64,000 bases of DNA from assembly GCA_044229975.1 (NCBI GenBank), contig JBGARZ010000002.1, positions 992,001 through 1,056,000 on the forward strand. Direction: 5' to 3'. Shown here piece after piece: positions 18,850 through 29,057 of the stretch (position 1 is its first letter; each line of letters starts with the position of its first letter). Source of the DNA: Polyangiales bacterium. Its GTDB lineage: Bacteria; Myxococcota_A; Polyangia; Polyangiales; Ga0077539. Under the pieces are notes generated by a model that did not search any database, had not been told where the DNA came from, and worked only from the letters and a program-made list of their open reading frames with translations. The position numbers were made by a program, and so were the translations under genes.

Positions 18850-21354
18850 CTACGGGTGGACGTAGACGTAGAGGAAGCGGTCGCCGGACAGGCCCTGGCC
18901 GAAGCAGTTGGACGCCTCCCACGAGCAACTGTTGTTGATCGTGATGTTGGTCGAGGTCTCGGTGCAGCCGTTGCCACCGTTCCACCACGAGGTGCCGCTG
19001 TTGGGGTTCATCGACGACGCGTAGATGACGTTGTCGGTGCCGGTGAAGTTCTGGCCGATGATGAGGCCGGTCTCGGGGTAGCTGACGAGCGGCGTGGCGA
19101 AGATGTTCCTCGACACGTCGATGTAGCGGACGGCGCTGGCGCTCGCGCCGCACGCGACGCGGAGCTGGCGATACCCGGTGCCGATGCACGCGGTCGCCCA
19201 GCCGCTGTCGGGGATGTCCTCCACCCCAGAGCGGTCGAGGTAGCCCACGCACTGCACCCAGCCGGCGCTGGAGTAGTCCGGGCCGAGCTGTCCGGAGAAG
19301 CCCGGCACCGTGCGGGTGCTGGAGCACGATCCAAACGAGCACGACAGGCCGGTGGCGCAGGCGGTGCCGCAGGCGCCGCAGTTGGAGGTGCTGCTCGACA
19401 AGTTGGTCTCGCAGCCGTTGCTCGCGACGCCGTCACAGTTGGCGAAGCCCGTGGTGCAGGTGAACCCGCACGCGCTCGCGCTGCACGTCGCCGTCGCGTT
19501 GGCGCGCGTCGGACACACGGTGCCGCAGGCGCCGCAATTGGCGAGGTCGTTCGTCAGGTTGCGGCAGGAGCCCGAGCAGTTGTTGAGCCCGCTCGCGCAG
19601 GTGACCACACACGCGCCCGCCGAGCACACCTGGCCGCCGGCGCACACCACGCCGCAGCCACCGCAGTTGCGCGGGTCGTTCTGCGCGTCGACGCAGGCGC
19701 CGCTGCACAGCCGCAGAGAGCCCGTGCACGCGCAGGCCCCCGAGACGCACGCCCGATCGGCGGCGCAGACGACGCCGCAGCCGCCGCAGTTGGCGCGGTC
19801 GACGGAGGTGTCGCGGCACACGCCGCCGCAGGTGGTCAGCCCGCTGGGGCAGCTCACCACGCAGGCGCCCGCCGTGCAGACCTCGCCCGCGTTGCAGCTC
19901 CGGGTGCAGCTCCCGCAGTGGTCGCGGTCGGTCTGGAGGTTCCAGCAGGCGCCCGAGCAGACGGTCTGACCGACCGGGCACGAGGTCACGCAGGCGCTCG
20001 CCACGCAGATCTGCCCCGAGGCGCAGAGCATCCCGCAGCCGCCGCAGTGGGCGCGGTCGTCGGTGGTGTCCCGGCACGAGCCCGAGCAGTCGGTGAGGCC
20101 GGTGCCGCACGAGGTCACGCACGCGCCCGCCGAGCACACCTGCCCGGCGCCGCACGCGCTGCCGCAGGTCCCGCAGTTGGAGCGGTCGCTCTGGAGGTCG
20201 CGGCACGAGCCGCCGCACTCCGTCTGCCCCGCCGCGCAGGACGTGACGCACATGCCCGCAGAGCACACCTGCCCCGGCATGCACGACCGACCGCACACGC
20301 CGCAGTGGGCGCGATCGCTCTGGAGGTCGCGGCACGAGCCCGTGCAGTCGGTGAGCCCGCTGCCGCACGAGGTGGTGCACACGCTGCCCGAGCACACCTG
20401 ACCGGCGCCGCACGCGCTGCCGCACGCGCCGCAGTTGGCGCGGTCGCTCGCGAGGTCGCGGCAGGAGCCGTCGCAGTTGACCTGGCCCACGGGGCACGAG
20501 GTCACGCACACCCCGGCGGTGCACACCTGACCGGGCATGCACGACGTCCCGCAGGCGCCGCAGTTGGCGCGGTCGCCCTGGAGGTCGCGGCACGAGCCCG
20601 AGCAGTCGCTGAGGCCCATGGTGCACGAGGTCTGGCAGCTCCCGGTCATGCACACCTGGCCGGCGCCGCACACGCTGCCGCAGGCGCCGCAGTTGTTGCG
20701 GTCCTGCTGGAGGTTGGCGCAGTAGCCGGTGCCCGCGTCCATGCCCGTCGCCGCGCACGCGGTGAAGCCCGTCGCGCAGCTCGTCACGCAGCGGCTCGCC
20801 TCGCAGGACTCGCCCGGCTGACACGCGGTGCCGCACGCGCCGCAGTTGCGGTTGTCGCGCGTGAGGTCGGCGCAGGCGCGAACGCCCCCGTTCGTGCAGG
20901 TGGTGAGCCCGACGGAGCAGTTCGTCTGACACGTCCCCGCGGAGCAGACCTCACCCGGCGCGCAGCGGGTGCCACACGCGCCACAGTTGTTGTTGTCCGT
21001 CGCGACGATCACGCACTGCTCGGCGCCGCCGTCCGCGCCGCCCTCGCGGCAGGTGCTCTGGCCCGTCGGGCACACCACGCGACACGCGCCTTCGCGGCAC
21101 TGGGCGCCCGCGGTGCAGGCCACGCCGCAGCCGCCGCAGTTGGCGTTGTCCGACTGGGTCGAGATGCAGAGGTTGCCGCACACCGTCTGCATCGGGCCGC
21201 ACATCGGAACCCGATCGACCGGCACATCGATGGCCGGGACATCGACCCCGGCGTCGACGTTGCCGCTGACGACGGGGTCGCCGGTACAGCCCGCCAGCGC
21301 GCTCGCCACCGCGCAGGCTGCGGTCGTTGTTCGTATCGCTCTCCACCAATTCAT
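18850..21354 (-). CDS. Cys-rich tandem-repeat lipoprotein (Stig1/MXAN_6577-like repeats) with a distinct C-terminal domain
   Basis: AGGAG RBS; lipobox 'LAGC'; 14 copies of an approximately 43-aa, 8-Cys unit containing 'D-x-x-[NH]-CG-x-C'. Confidence 0.88.
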   Translation of the reverse strand: MNWWRAIRTTTAACAVASALAGCTGDPVVSGNVDAGVDVPAIDVPVDRVPMCGPMQTVCGNLCISTQSDNANCGGCGVACTAGAQCREGACRVVCPTGQSTCREGGADGGAEQCVIVATDNNNCGACGTRCAPGEVCSAGTCQTNCSVGLTTCTNGGVRACADLTRDNRNCGACGTACQPGESCEASRCVTSCATGFTACAATGMDAGTGYCANLQQDRNNCGACGSVCGAGQVCMTGSCQTSCTMGLSDCSGSCRDLQGDRANCGACGTSCMPGQVCTAGVCVTSCPVGQVNCDGSCRDLASDRANCGACGSACGAGQVCSGSVCTTSCGSGLTDCTGSCRDLQSDRAHCGVCGRSCMPGQVCSAGMCVTSCAAGQTECGGSCRDLQSDRSNCGTCGSACGAGQVCSAGACVTSCGTGLTDCSGSCRDTTDDRAHCGGCGMLCASGQICVASACVTSCPVGQTVCSGACWNLQTDRDHCGSCTRSCNAGEVCTAGACVVSCPSGLTTCGGVCRDTSVDRANCGGCGVVCAADRACVSGACACTGSLRLCSGACVDAQNDPRNCGGCGVVCAGGQVCSAGACVVTCASGLNNCSGSCRNLTNDLANCGACGTVCPTRANATATCSASACGFTCTTGFANCDGVASNGCETNLSSSTSNCGACGTACATGLSCSFGSCSSTRTVPGFSGQLGPDYSSAGWVQCVGYLDRSGVEDIPDSGWATACIGTGYRQLRVACGASASAVRYIDVSRNIFATPLVSYPETGLIIGQNFTGTDNVIYASSMNPNSGTSWWNGGNGCTETSTNITINNSCSWEASNCFGQGLSGDRFLYVYVHP

Positions 21355-21453
21355 GGACGTATCTCCTCCTCAGCCGCCACCGCGGCGGCTGACCGTTCAC
21401 CACGGGAGGGGATGGTCGCACCGCAACGGGGCGCGAGATAGAGCCGACGCTCG

Positions 21454-23190
21454 TTACATGCTCGGGTCGAGGGCCGGTGCGTCCGAGGCGATGGCCACGC
21501 AGTCGATCTGCGCCCTCCCTCCGCTCGGCACGCTGTCGCCCTCGCTGAACGCGATGCGCTGCACGCACGAGGGGTTCGCCGGGTCGGGCCGCGTGTCGTA
21601 GTAGAAGCCGTGCGCGCCCGCGGGCGGCGCCTGCCCCATGACCACGGCGATCTGGTCGACGAGGCACACCTCGCGTCCGTCGGTGGTGCGCTCGCTCACG
21701 CGTCGACCGCGGGTGGGGTCGCAGCGCAGCCCGGCGGGCAGCGTCTCGCGCACGACGCACGACACCCTCACGCTCTCCCCGGCAGAGGGCGCCGCGGGCA
21801 CGGTGGGCAGTCGCCGCGGGAGGCACCTGCCCTCCAGCGAGCGGCCGATGCGGTCGACGATCTGCCGCAGCGCCGGGGCGTAGTCGTTGGCGCAGATGGA
21901 CGCCACGGTGCCCGTCCCGTGGGCGCGATCGAAGCGGCGCGCGACCTCGGCGATGCGCCGCGACGGCCACGCGTAGGCGGGTCCCTGGTTGGAGCAGCTC
22001 GCACTGCTCGGGTCGAAGCGAGAGCCCTCCTGGCGACACGCCGGAACCATGTTGTGCAGCGGGCACGTGGGCTCGCGGCGGTTGGGGCGCATGGTGAAGG
22101 CCCCTTCGGCGGCGGTGCCTTCGATGGCGTCGCTGCCGTCGGCGCGCGCTCCGAGGAGGCGGTCCCAGTCCACCTGCCCGGCGTTGGTCGGAACCTGCAA
22201 CGGCACGCCCACGATGCCCGCGAACACTACGCGCTCGGGGTGACCGGGCTTGAGCGAGGTGAAGCCGCGGCTCGCGTTGCGCGGGTCGAAGTAGCGGTCG
22301 AGGGGCCAGGTCGGGTCCTGCGACGAGCCGGGTGTGTACGCGTACATGCGGAGGTTGAGGTCGTCGTCGTCGCCCCAGCCGACGGCCGCGAGGTCGTAGA
22401 CGGACAGCGCGTCGGTGCACGGCTGCCCCGCCTCGGCGTAGCGACAGTCGCGCACCGAGCCGTCCTCCTCGTCGCTGATGACCACGATGCCGAGGACGGC
22501 GTTGGGTCGAACAAAGCCCGCGTTGGGGTCGGTGTTGCCCGCCTGCTCGCGCGGGTTGTGCACCACGAGCGCTCGGTAGGCCGATTCGAGCTGTTGCTCC
22601 AGGCCGCAGCCGCCGGTGAAGAGGTAGGCGTTGCAGACGAAGTCCTCGCTGAAGGCCGCCGGGTCGGACGACTCCGCGTCGAACTGGAGGAAGGTCGGGT
22701 ACTGGTTGGGGTTGGCGGTGCAGCGCGCGGGTCGTGCGCCCGCAGGAATCCCCGCCGCCGCCGCGGGGCGATGGACGGCCATCGCGCGACCGCTGCGAAT
22801 CGGGTTGAGCAGCCCGTCGTCGCCGACATCGGGGCTCACGTTGCAGGTGCCGATGTTGGCGCCGGGCGTTCCGAGGTCGGACGACACGACGGCGACGTGG
22901 AGGCTGCGCGCGGGCGGGTGCGCGGGGCGATTGGTACCGGCCACGATGGGCGGGGCGACGAGCTCATCGATGAGCACGCGAAACTGCGCGCCCAGGCGCT
23001 GCTGGTAGGCGCTCATCGAGTTGGAGTTGTCGACGACGAAGAGCAGGTCGACGCTGTCGACGCCGTCGTTGGCGACCTCCGAGGTGAAGCTGGCGTTGAG
23101 GCGCTCCAGGGGCTGAGCGCTCGGGCGTTCGAGGCAGGCCGTGAGCAGGGCCAACAGACCGACGGGCCAACGGGGAAGAAATGGGGTCAT
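21454..23190 (-). CDS. vWA-domain lipoprotein (myxobacterial type)
   Basis: AGGAGG RBS; lipobox 'LLTAC'; MIDAS 'DLLFVVDNSNSM'; 'GCGLEQQLE' and 'ISDEEDGS'. Confidence 0.82.
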   Translation of the reverse strand: MTPFLPRWPVGLLALLTACLERPSAQPLERLNASFTSEVANDGVDSVDLLFVVDNSNSMSAYQQRLGAQFRVLIDELVAPPIVAGTNRPAHPPARSLHVAVVSSDLGTPGANIGTCNVSPDVGDDGLLNPIRSGRAMAVHRPAAAAGIPAGARPARCTANPNQYPTFLQFDAESSDPAAFSEDFVCNAYLFTGGCGLEQQLESAYRALVVHNPREQAGNTDPNAGFVRPNAVLGIVVISDEEDGSVRDCRYAEAGQPCTDALSVYDLAAVGWGDDDDLNLRMYAYTPGSSQDPTWPLDRYFDPRNASRGFTSLKPGHPERVVFAGIVGVPLQVPTNAGQVDWDRLLGARADGSDAIEGTAAEGAFTMRPNRREPTCPLHNMVPACRQEGSRFDPSSASCSNQGPAYAWPSRRIAEVARRFDRAHGTGTVASICANDYAPALRQIVDRIGRSLEGRCLPRRLPTVPAAPSAGESVRVSCVVRETLPAGLRCDPTRGRRVSERTTDGREVCLVDQIAVVMGQAPPAGAHGFYYDTRPDPANPSCVQRIAFSEGDSVPSGGRAQIDCVAIASDAPALDPSM

Positions 23191-23374
23191 ACGGTGAGCC
23201 TCCTGGTGGGGAGACTCAGCAACGGAGGGGCCATCGCAGCGTGCGCGATGGCTTGTGTGGCAGGCGCATCCGTGACCGCCACCGTCAGTTGGCGACCAGA
23301 GGGCGACTGCAACCCCAGTCGAGCCGAAGCGGCTCATCTGGTGGGCGGGGCTGGTTGGCGCTACTCCTTGGAGG

Positions 23375-23596
23375 ATGCGAAGCGCGACCATGTTGATCGA
23401 GGGGATGACCTGCGGCGGGTGCGTGGTGTCGGTGCGGCGGGTGCTGGAGCGGGTGCCCGGCGTGAGCGACCTATTGGTGGAGGTCGGCGAGGCGCGCATG
23501 AAGGTCGACGACGCGGTGGTGACCGAAGAGGCGCTGCGGCAGACGGTCGAGCGCGCGGGCTTCGAGGTCGACGAGTTCGTGTGGGCGGCGGGCTGA
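23375..23596 (+). CDS. Heavy-metal-associated (HMA) domain protein, CopZ-like chaperone
   Basis: 73 aa with 'IEGMTCGGCV' and C-terminal 'VERAGF'. Confidence 0.85.
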   Translation: MRSATMLIEGMTCGGCVVSVRRVLERVPGVSDLLVEVGEARMKVDDAVVTEEALRQTVERAGFEVDEFVWAAG

Positions 23597-23645
23597 TCGC
23601 GGCCTTGCGCCTGAGGCCCAGACGGGCTGACAACAGCAGATCCCG

Positions 23646-25763
23646 ATGGACACCTCGCGCAAGCCCAACGCGCTCGTCACCGAGCGCTCGCCGTACCTGC
23701 TCCAGCACGCGCACAACCCCGTGGCCTGGGAGCCCTGGGGTGACGCCGCGTTTGCGCGGGCCCAGGCCGAAGGCAAGCCGGTGTTTCTCTCCATCGGGTA
23801 CTCGGCCTGCCACTGGTGTCACGTCATGGAGCGCGAGAGCTTCGAGGACGAGGCGACGGCCGCCCTCCTCAACGAGCGCTTCGTCTCCATCAAGGTCGAC
23901 CGCGAAGAGCGCCCCGACGTCGATCAGGTCTATCAGCTCGCCCATCAGGTGGTGTCGCAGCGGGGCGGCGGTTGGCCGCTGTCGATGTTTCTCACGCCCG
24001 ACCGCCGACCCTTCTTCGGCGGAACGTATTTCCCTCCCGCGCCCCGCCACGGCATGCCCTCCTTTCGCGAGGTGCTCACGCTCATGTCCGCGGCGTGGAC
24101 CGACCGTCGCGACGAGGTCTTCGAGCAGGCCGCCGAGCTCGTCGCCACCCTCACCCGCGTCACCCGCACGGCCCCCGCCGCGAGCGACGTCATCCCCGCG
24201 GACGTTCTCTCTCGCGCCGTCGCGAAGCTCCTCCCGCGCGCCGATCGCCGCTACGGCGGCTTCGGCGGCGCGCCGAAGTTTCCCAACACCATGACCCACG
24301 ACGTGCTGCTCGTGGGCGCCGCGGTCGACGTCGACGGCGTCGGCACCCACTGCTCCGACGTGACGCTCCTCACGCTCCAGCGCATGCGCGAGGGCGGCAT
24401 CTGGGACCACCTCGGCGGAGGTTTCGCCCGCTACTCCACCGACTCCGAGTGGAAGGTCCCCCACTTCGAGAAGATGCTCTACGACAACGCCCAGCTCCTG
24501 CGCCTCGCGGTCGACGCCGCGGGCCTCGTCCACGCCCAGGAGGGCGACGATCGCAGGCGACAGGCGCTGCTCTCCGTCGCGAAGGACATCCGCACGTACC
24601 TGCTCCGCGAGATGCGCTCCCCGGAGGGCTTCTTCTACTCGGCGCAGGACGCCGACAGCGAAGGCGAGGAGGGGCGCTTCTTCGTGTGGACGCCCGCGGA
24701 GATCGAGGCCGCCGTCGGACCGGTGGACGCCGCTTCGTTCTGCGCGGTGTTCGACGTGAGCGCGCAGGGCAACTTCGAGCACGGCCGTTCGGTGCTGTGG
24801 ACCCCACGGCCGCTCGACAAGGTCGGCGTCGCGTTGGGACGCACCGTGACCGAGCTGGAGGAGGTGGTCGCCCGCTGCCGCCCGAAGCTGCTCGCCGCGC
24901 GCGAGACCCGCCCCCACCCGATGCGCGACGACAAGTGCCTCGCCTCCTGGAACGGCCTCACCCTCGGCGCCCTCGCCCACCTCGGCGCCACGCTCAACGA
25001 GCCCGCCGCCGTAGACCTCGCCCGCGACGGCCTCTTTGCGTGGCGCGACCTCGCCATGCCCAACGGCACGCTCGCCCACGCCGTGAAGGACGGCATCGCC
25101 TATGGCACGGCATTCCTCGACGACCACGCCGCGCTCGCCAACGCCGCCGTCGATGTCTTCGAGGCCACCTTCGACCCGGCCGCGATCACCCTCGCGCGCA
25201 CGCTCCTCGACGCCGTGCTCGCACGCTTCGTCGACGCCGACACCGGCGCGCTGTGCTTCTCCCCCGTCGACGCCGAGGTGGTGCTCTACCGCGCCAACGA
25301 CGCCTACGACCACGCCTACCCTGGCGGCGTCGGGCTCGCGCTCGAAGCCCTCCTGCGCGTCGCGACGCTCACCGGCCACGCGCCCTACCGCTCCGTCGCC
25401 GAGCGCGCCCTCGCACTCTACGCCGCATCCGCGAGAGACAACCCTCTCGCCATGGGAACGGTGCTGCGCGCCGCCGACCGCGCGACCCGCGGCGCCGTCG
25501 AGGTGATCGTCGTAGGCGACCCCGCGCGCGAAGACACGCGGGCGCTGCTCTCGGTGGCGCGATCGTTCTTCGTGCCGCACCGCACGCTGGTGTGCGCGCC
25601 CGACGAGGCGACCGCCATGGCGATGGGCATCGACCCCGAGCTGCTGCGCGGTCGAAGCACCGGCGCGAACGGAGCGCCCATGGCCTATGTGTGCCGCGGC
25701 ACGACCTGCCAGTCGCCGGTCGGTGACGCCGCGGGGCTCACCGCGACGCTGCGCCGGGCGTAG
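23646..25763 (+). CDS. YyaL/SPATA20 family (thioredoxin-like DUF255 plus six-hairpin glycosidase-like domain)
   Basis: '[12 protein letters not shown]', '[17 protein letters not shown]', '[11 protein letters not shown]', '[13 protein letters not shown]'. Confidence 0.92.
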   Translation: MDTSRKPNALVTERSPYLLQHAHNPVAWEPWGDAAFARAQAEGKPVFLSIGYSACHWCHVMERESFEDEATAALLNERFVSIKVDREERPDVDQVYQLAHQVVSQRGGGWPLSMFLTPDRRPFFGGTYFPPAPRHGMPSFREVLTLMSAAWTDRRDEVFEQAAELVATLTRVTRTAPAASDVIPADVLSRAVAKLLPRADRRYGGFGGAPKFPNTMTHDVLLVGAAVDVDGVGTHCSDVTLLTLQRMREGGIWDHLGGGFARYSTDSEWKVPHFEKMLYDNAQLLRLAVDAAGLVHAQEGDDRRRQALLSVAKDIRTYLLREMRSPEGFFYSAQDADSEGEEGRFFVWTPAEIEAAVGPVDAASFCAVFDVSAQGNFEHGRSVLWTPRPLDKVGVALGRTVTELEEVVARCRPKLLAARETRPHPMRDDKCLASWNGLTLGALAHLGATLNEPAAVDLARDGLFAWRDLAMPNGTLAHAVKDGIAYGTAFLDDHAALANAAVDVFEATFDPAAITLARTLLDAVLARFVDADTGALCFSPVDAEVVLYRANDAYDHAYPGGVGLALEALLRVATLTGHAPYRSVAERALALYAASARDNPLAMGTVLRAADRATRGAVEVIVVGDPAREDTRALLSVARSFFVPHRTLVCAPDEATAMAMGIDPELLRGRSTGANGAPMAYVCRGTTCQSPVGDAAGLTATLRRA

Positions 25764-25885
25764 GCCCGCAACCGCGGCAAAACGAGGGGAAACGCGGGCT
25801 CGCGCGGGCTATGGCCTCGCTGTGGGAATGCGTCTATCTTCCGCCGCCCCGTACGACCCGTAGCGAAGGGGATGGAGATTCATCG

Positions 25886-27883
25886 ATGACCGAGACCGTT
25901 GACGCCGCCGCGATCCGCCGCGCGCTCGATCAGAGCCGAGGACAGCGCACCCAGATCACCCGCGGAGCGCCGCTCCCCATCGACACGGCCCATGTGGTCG
26001 GCGCGTGCCCCAACTGCGGGCACCTGGGCGCGACGATCCTTGGGTTCCCCGATCCCCCGTACGCGGGGCCGCAGGGCAAGCCGCGCTACCGCAACGCCAA
26101 GGAGCTCAACACCTTCGTCGAGGAGCTGTTCAAGAAGCCCCCTCCGCTCCCGGCCAACGAAGACCCCTCCGAGCCGTCGAAGAACCCGCAGCAGGCTCCG
26201 TTCTGGAAGGGCCTCTGCAAGTGCGGCGCGAAGATCATGCCCCCGCAGCCCGACCCCAAGACGGGCGAGATGGTCGCTGAGCCCGGCGCCACGCCGCGGC
26301 AGGTGTGCGGCGTTCGCTTCATCAAGGCGATGCCGGGCTCCGGCGCCGAGCTGGTCATCGAGGCCCTCGCGGGCGGTGACGGCGGCGTTCCGTACACCGA
26401 CGGCGTGGTCATCAAGTCGAAGCTCCTGCGCGCGCCGCTCGACGGCGTCGAGACCGTGGCCTCGGACGAGGTCGACGACGAGAGCATCGAGAAGACCTTC
26501 GGCCGCCCGCTCACGCTGGCCAAGCAGTGGAAGGGCGTGCTCGACGCGGCCGCGAAGGGCGAGGAGTCCATCGCGGAGGTGGAGCCCGGCTACTGGGTCT
26601 GGGCCGGCCCCAAGGACGACGCGGGCCTGGAGCAGCGCGTGAAGGACCTCATCGGCGAGGACAAGCAGAAGGCGGCGTTTCCGCTGGCGATGCTCCCGCA
26701 GATGGCCCCGATGCCGCAGGGCCCGGCGTTCCCGCAGTGGGCCTTCGAGCACGCCGACGCGATCATGAAGGGCGAGATGCGCGCGGGCGTGGTGATGGAC
26801 CAGGCCGTGACGCGCAAGCTGCTCCAGGGGCAGCTGGAGCGCGGCGGCCTCGGGTGGACGGAGCAGAACGAGGGCGCGGTGCTCATCGCCTCGGCCGGAG
26901 AGCTCCTGTGGCCGATGGAGGTGCCGATCGTGGCGCTCGGCGCGGCCCACCTCGGGTGGTACCTCGGCGAGACGACGGCGGCGGCGGTGGGCGAGACCAT
27001 GGCGCGCATCACCGAGGTGAAGCGCTTCGTCGACACGGCGCGCGCCGAGCGGCCGGAGATGACCTTCGCGGTGCAGGGCACGCAGATGATCCCCAAGCGC
27101 GCCGACGGCACCGCGGGCCGGGCGCTCAACCTGATGGACATGCCCTTCCGCATGCCGCCGGGGAGCAAGGACTTCAAGCGCGAGCTGCGCTTCGCGTGCG
27201 ACGAGCTGCCGAAGAACCTCGACCCGTCGCGGTGGTGTCCGTGCGGCGACAAGGCGTGGGTCTGCGCGCGCATCTTCCCGGCCCGCGTGGTCGAGCAGTT
27301 CAAGCAGGCGACGCAGGGCAAGAGCCCGAAGATCATCGAGGCGTGGAACGACGCTCTCCTGGTCGCGGTCATCTCCGACGACCGGCACGTGCGCATCCCG
27401 ACGCAGGAGGAGCTCGAAGGCTCCGGCCTCAAGGGCGACGCCTTCGACCGCCGCCTCGCCGAAGAACTCCCCAACAACATCTTCGCCGTCGACGTCTCGA
27501 TGCACGAGGACAAGAACCAGAAGCGCGCACTGCTGGCCTTTGGTCCGCTCGTGGCGAGCGTGGTCATCAACGACCACCTCATCAGCGCGCTGCACGGCGC
27601 CTGCGGCAAGCCGCTGCGGGGCGACGAGGTCTCGGCCGTCGTCACCACCCCCAACGTGATCTGCCTCCACGAGCCGGGCTTCGACGACGACCGCCTGGAG
27701 CAGGTGCTCGACATGGGCGCCGCCATGGACGGCCTCCCCGCCGACGTGAAGCCGCCCTTCGACCTCTCCTGGGACGTGTCGCTCACGGCCGCTCCGGTGG
27801 GCAAGTTCGTCAACCTCAACCCGGCCCCTCCCGGCCAGGGTCAGCCCCCGCCGCAGCAGGCCAACGCCCCGCGCGGTCGGTGA
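25886..27883 (+). CDS. Large hypothetical cytoplasmic protein with putative Zn-binding Cys clusters
   Basis: Strong GC3 coding bias; GGAGA upstream of ATG 25886; CPNC, CKC and CPC motifs. Confidence 0.7.
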   Translation: MTETVDAAAIRRALDQSRGQRTQITRGAPLPIDTAHVVGACPNCGHLGATILGFPDPPYAGPQGKPRYRNAKELNTFVEELFKKPPPLPANEDPSEPSKNPQQAPFWKGLCKCGAKIMPPQPDPKTGEMVAEPGATPRQVCGVRFIKAMPGSGAELVIEALAGGDGGVPYTDGVVIKSKLLRAPLDGVETVASDEVDDESIEKTFGRPLTLAKQWKGVLDAAAKGEESIAEVEPGYWVWAGPKDDAGLEQRVKDLIGEDKQKAAFPLAMLPQMAPMPQGPAFPQWAFEHADAIMKGEMRAGVVMDQAVTRKLLQGQLERGGLGWTEQNEGAVLIASAGELLWPMEVPIVALGAAHLGWYLGETTAAAVGETMARITEVKRFVDTARAERPEMTFAVQGTQMIPKRADGTAGRALNLMDMPFRMPPGSKDFKRELRFACDELPKNLDPSRWCPCGDKAWVCARIFPARVVEQFKQATQGKSPKIIEAWNDALLVAVISDDRHVRIPTQEELEGSGLKGDAFDRRLAEELPNNIFAVDVSMHEDKNQKRALLAFGPLVASVVINDHLISALHGACGKPLRGDEVSAVVTTPNVICLHEPGFDDDRLEQVLDMGAAMDGLPADVKPPFDLSWDVSLTAAPVGKFVNLNPAPPGQGQPPPQQANAPRGR

Positions 27884-27902
27884 TACCCTCCCGCGCGCTC
27901 CG

Positions 27903-29057
27903 ATGATCGACAGCGCGCGACTCCGCTCCCACTACACAGCGTTCCTGCGACCCGGTCGGGTGCTCCTCACGGGGCACTCGCACCAGGCGTGGCCCGACGT
28001 CGCCCGCGACGCGCTCACCGAGTGCTTCGACGCCGCCGCCCTCCACGTCGACGACAAGTGGGGCGCGGCCTTCGCCGTCGCCGACGAGCTGCGCGCGGGC
28101 CTCGCGTCCGACCTCGGCGGCCACGCCCGCGACTACGCGCTCGACCTCAACACCCACGCGCTGGTGACCCGCTTTCTCAGCGCGCTTCCGTGGTCGAAGC
28201 GCCGGCACCTCGTCACCACCGCGGGCGAGTTTCACACCCTGCACCGCCAGCTCCGGCGGCTCGCCGAAGAGGGCATCCGGGTCACCTTCGTCGACCCCTC
28301 ACCCGTCGACTCGCTCGCCGCCCGCCTCGCCGCCGCGGTCACCGCCGACACCGCCGCGGTGCTCTGCTCGTCGGTGCTCTTCGAGACCTCCAGCGTGGTG
28401 CCCGACCTCGGCGACCTCGCCGCCCGCTGCCGCGCGCTCGCGGTGCCGTTGCTCGTCGACGCCTATCACCACTTCGCGGTCGTCCCCTTCGATCGCGCGG
28501 CCCTCGGCGACGAGGTCTTCGTGCTCGGTGGCGGGTACAAGTACGCGCAGTGGGGCGAAGGCGTGTGCTTCCTCGGAGCGCCCCCTGCCAACGACCTGCG
28601 CCCGGTGCTCACCGGATGGTTCGCCGACTTCGCGCACCTCGCCGACCGTCGAACCGACGCGCCCGTGCAGTACGGCGACGACGGCGCGGCGCGCTTCGCC
28701 GGCGCCACCTACGACCCGGCGAGCCACTACCGGGCCCGCGCGGTGCGGCGCTTCTTCGACGCCCAGGGCCTCACCATCGACGCGCGCCGAGAGGTCTCCC
28801 TTGCACAGACGGCGCACCTCCTCGCGGCCGCCGACCGGCTCTCGCTCGACGTGGCGACCCCGCGCGCCGACGCTCGTCGGGGAGGCTTCGTGGCGGTGCG
28901 GGTCAACGACGCGAGCGACGCAGTCGAGGCGCTGAAGGGCCACGGCATCTGGACAGACTCGCGCGGCGACCTGCTGCGACTGGGCCCCGCGCCCTACTCC
29001 ACATTGGACGAACTCGATCAGGCCATGGAGGCTCTGGGCGCGTGGACACGGCGATGA
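27903..29057 (+). CDS. Kynureninase-like PLP enzyme (aminotransferase class V)
   Basis: 'LTGHSHQAWP', 'LVDAYH', 'GGGYKY' (PLP lysine), 'GWF', 'RGGF', 'DSRGDLLRLGPAPY'. Confidence 0.78.
   Translation: MIDSARLRSHYTAFLRPGRVLLTGHSHQAWPDVARDALTECFDAAALHVDDKWGAAFAVADELRAGLASDLGGHARDYALDLNTHALVTRFLSALPWSKRRHLVTTAGEFHTLHRQLRRLAEEGIRVTFVDPSPVDSLAARLAAAVTADTAAVLCSSVLFETSSVVPDLGDLAARCRALAVPLLVDAYHHFAVVPFDRAALGDEVFVLGGGYKYAQWGEGVCFLGAPPANDLRPVLTGWFADFAHLADRRTDAPVQYGDDGAARFAGATYDPASHYRARAVRRFFDAQGLTIDARREVSLAQTAHLLAAADRLSLDVATPRADARRGGFVAVRVNDASDAVEALKGHGIWTDSRGDLLRLGPAPYSTLDELDQAMEALGAWTRR

Noticed and set aside
23300..23345. Hammerhead ribozyme on the minus strand (CAGATGAG-stem)
   Set aside because: It lacks the CUGANGA and GAAA core.
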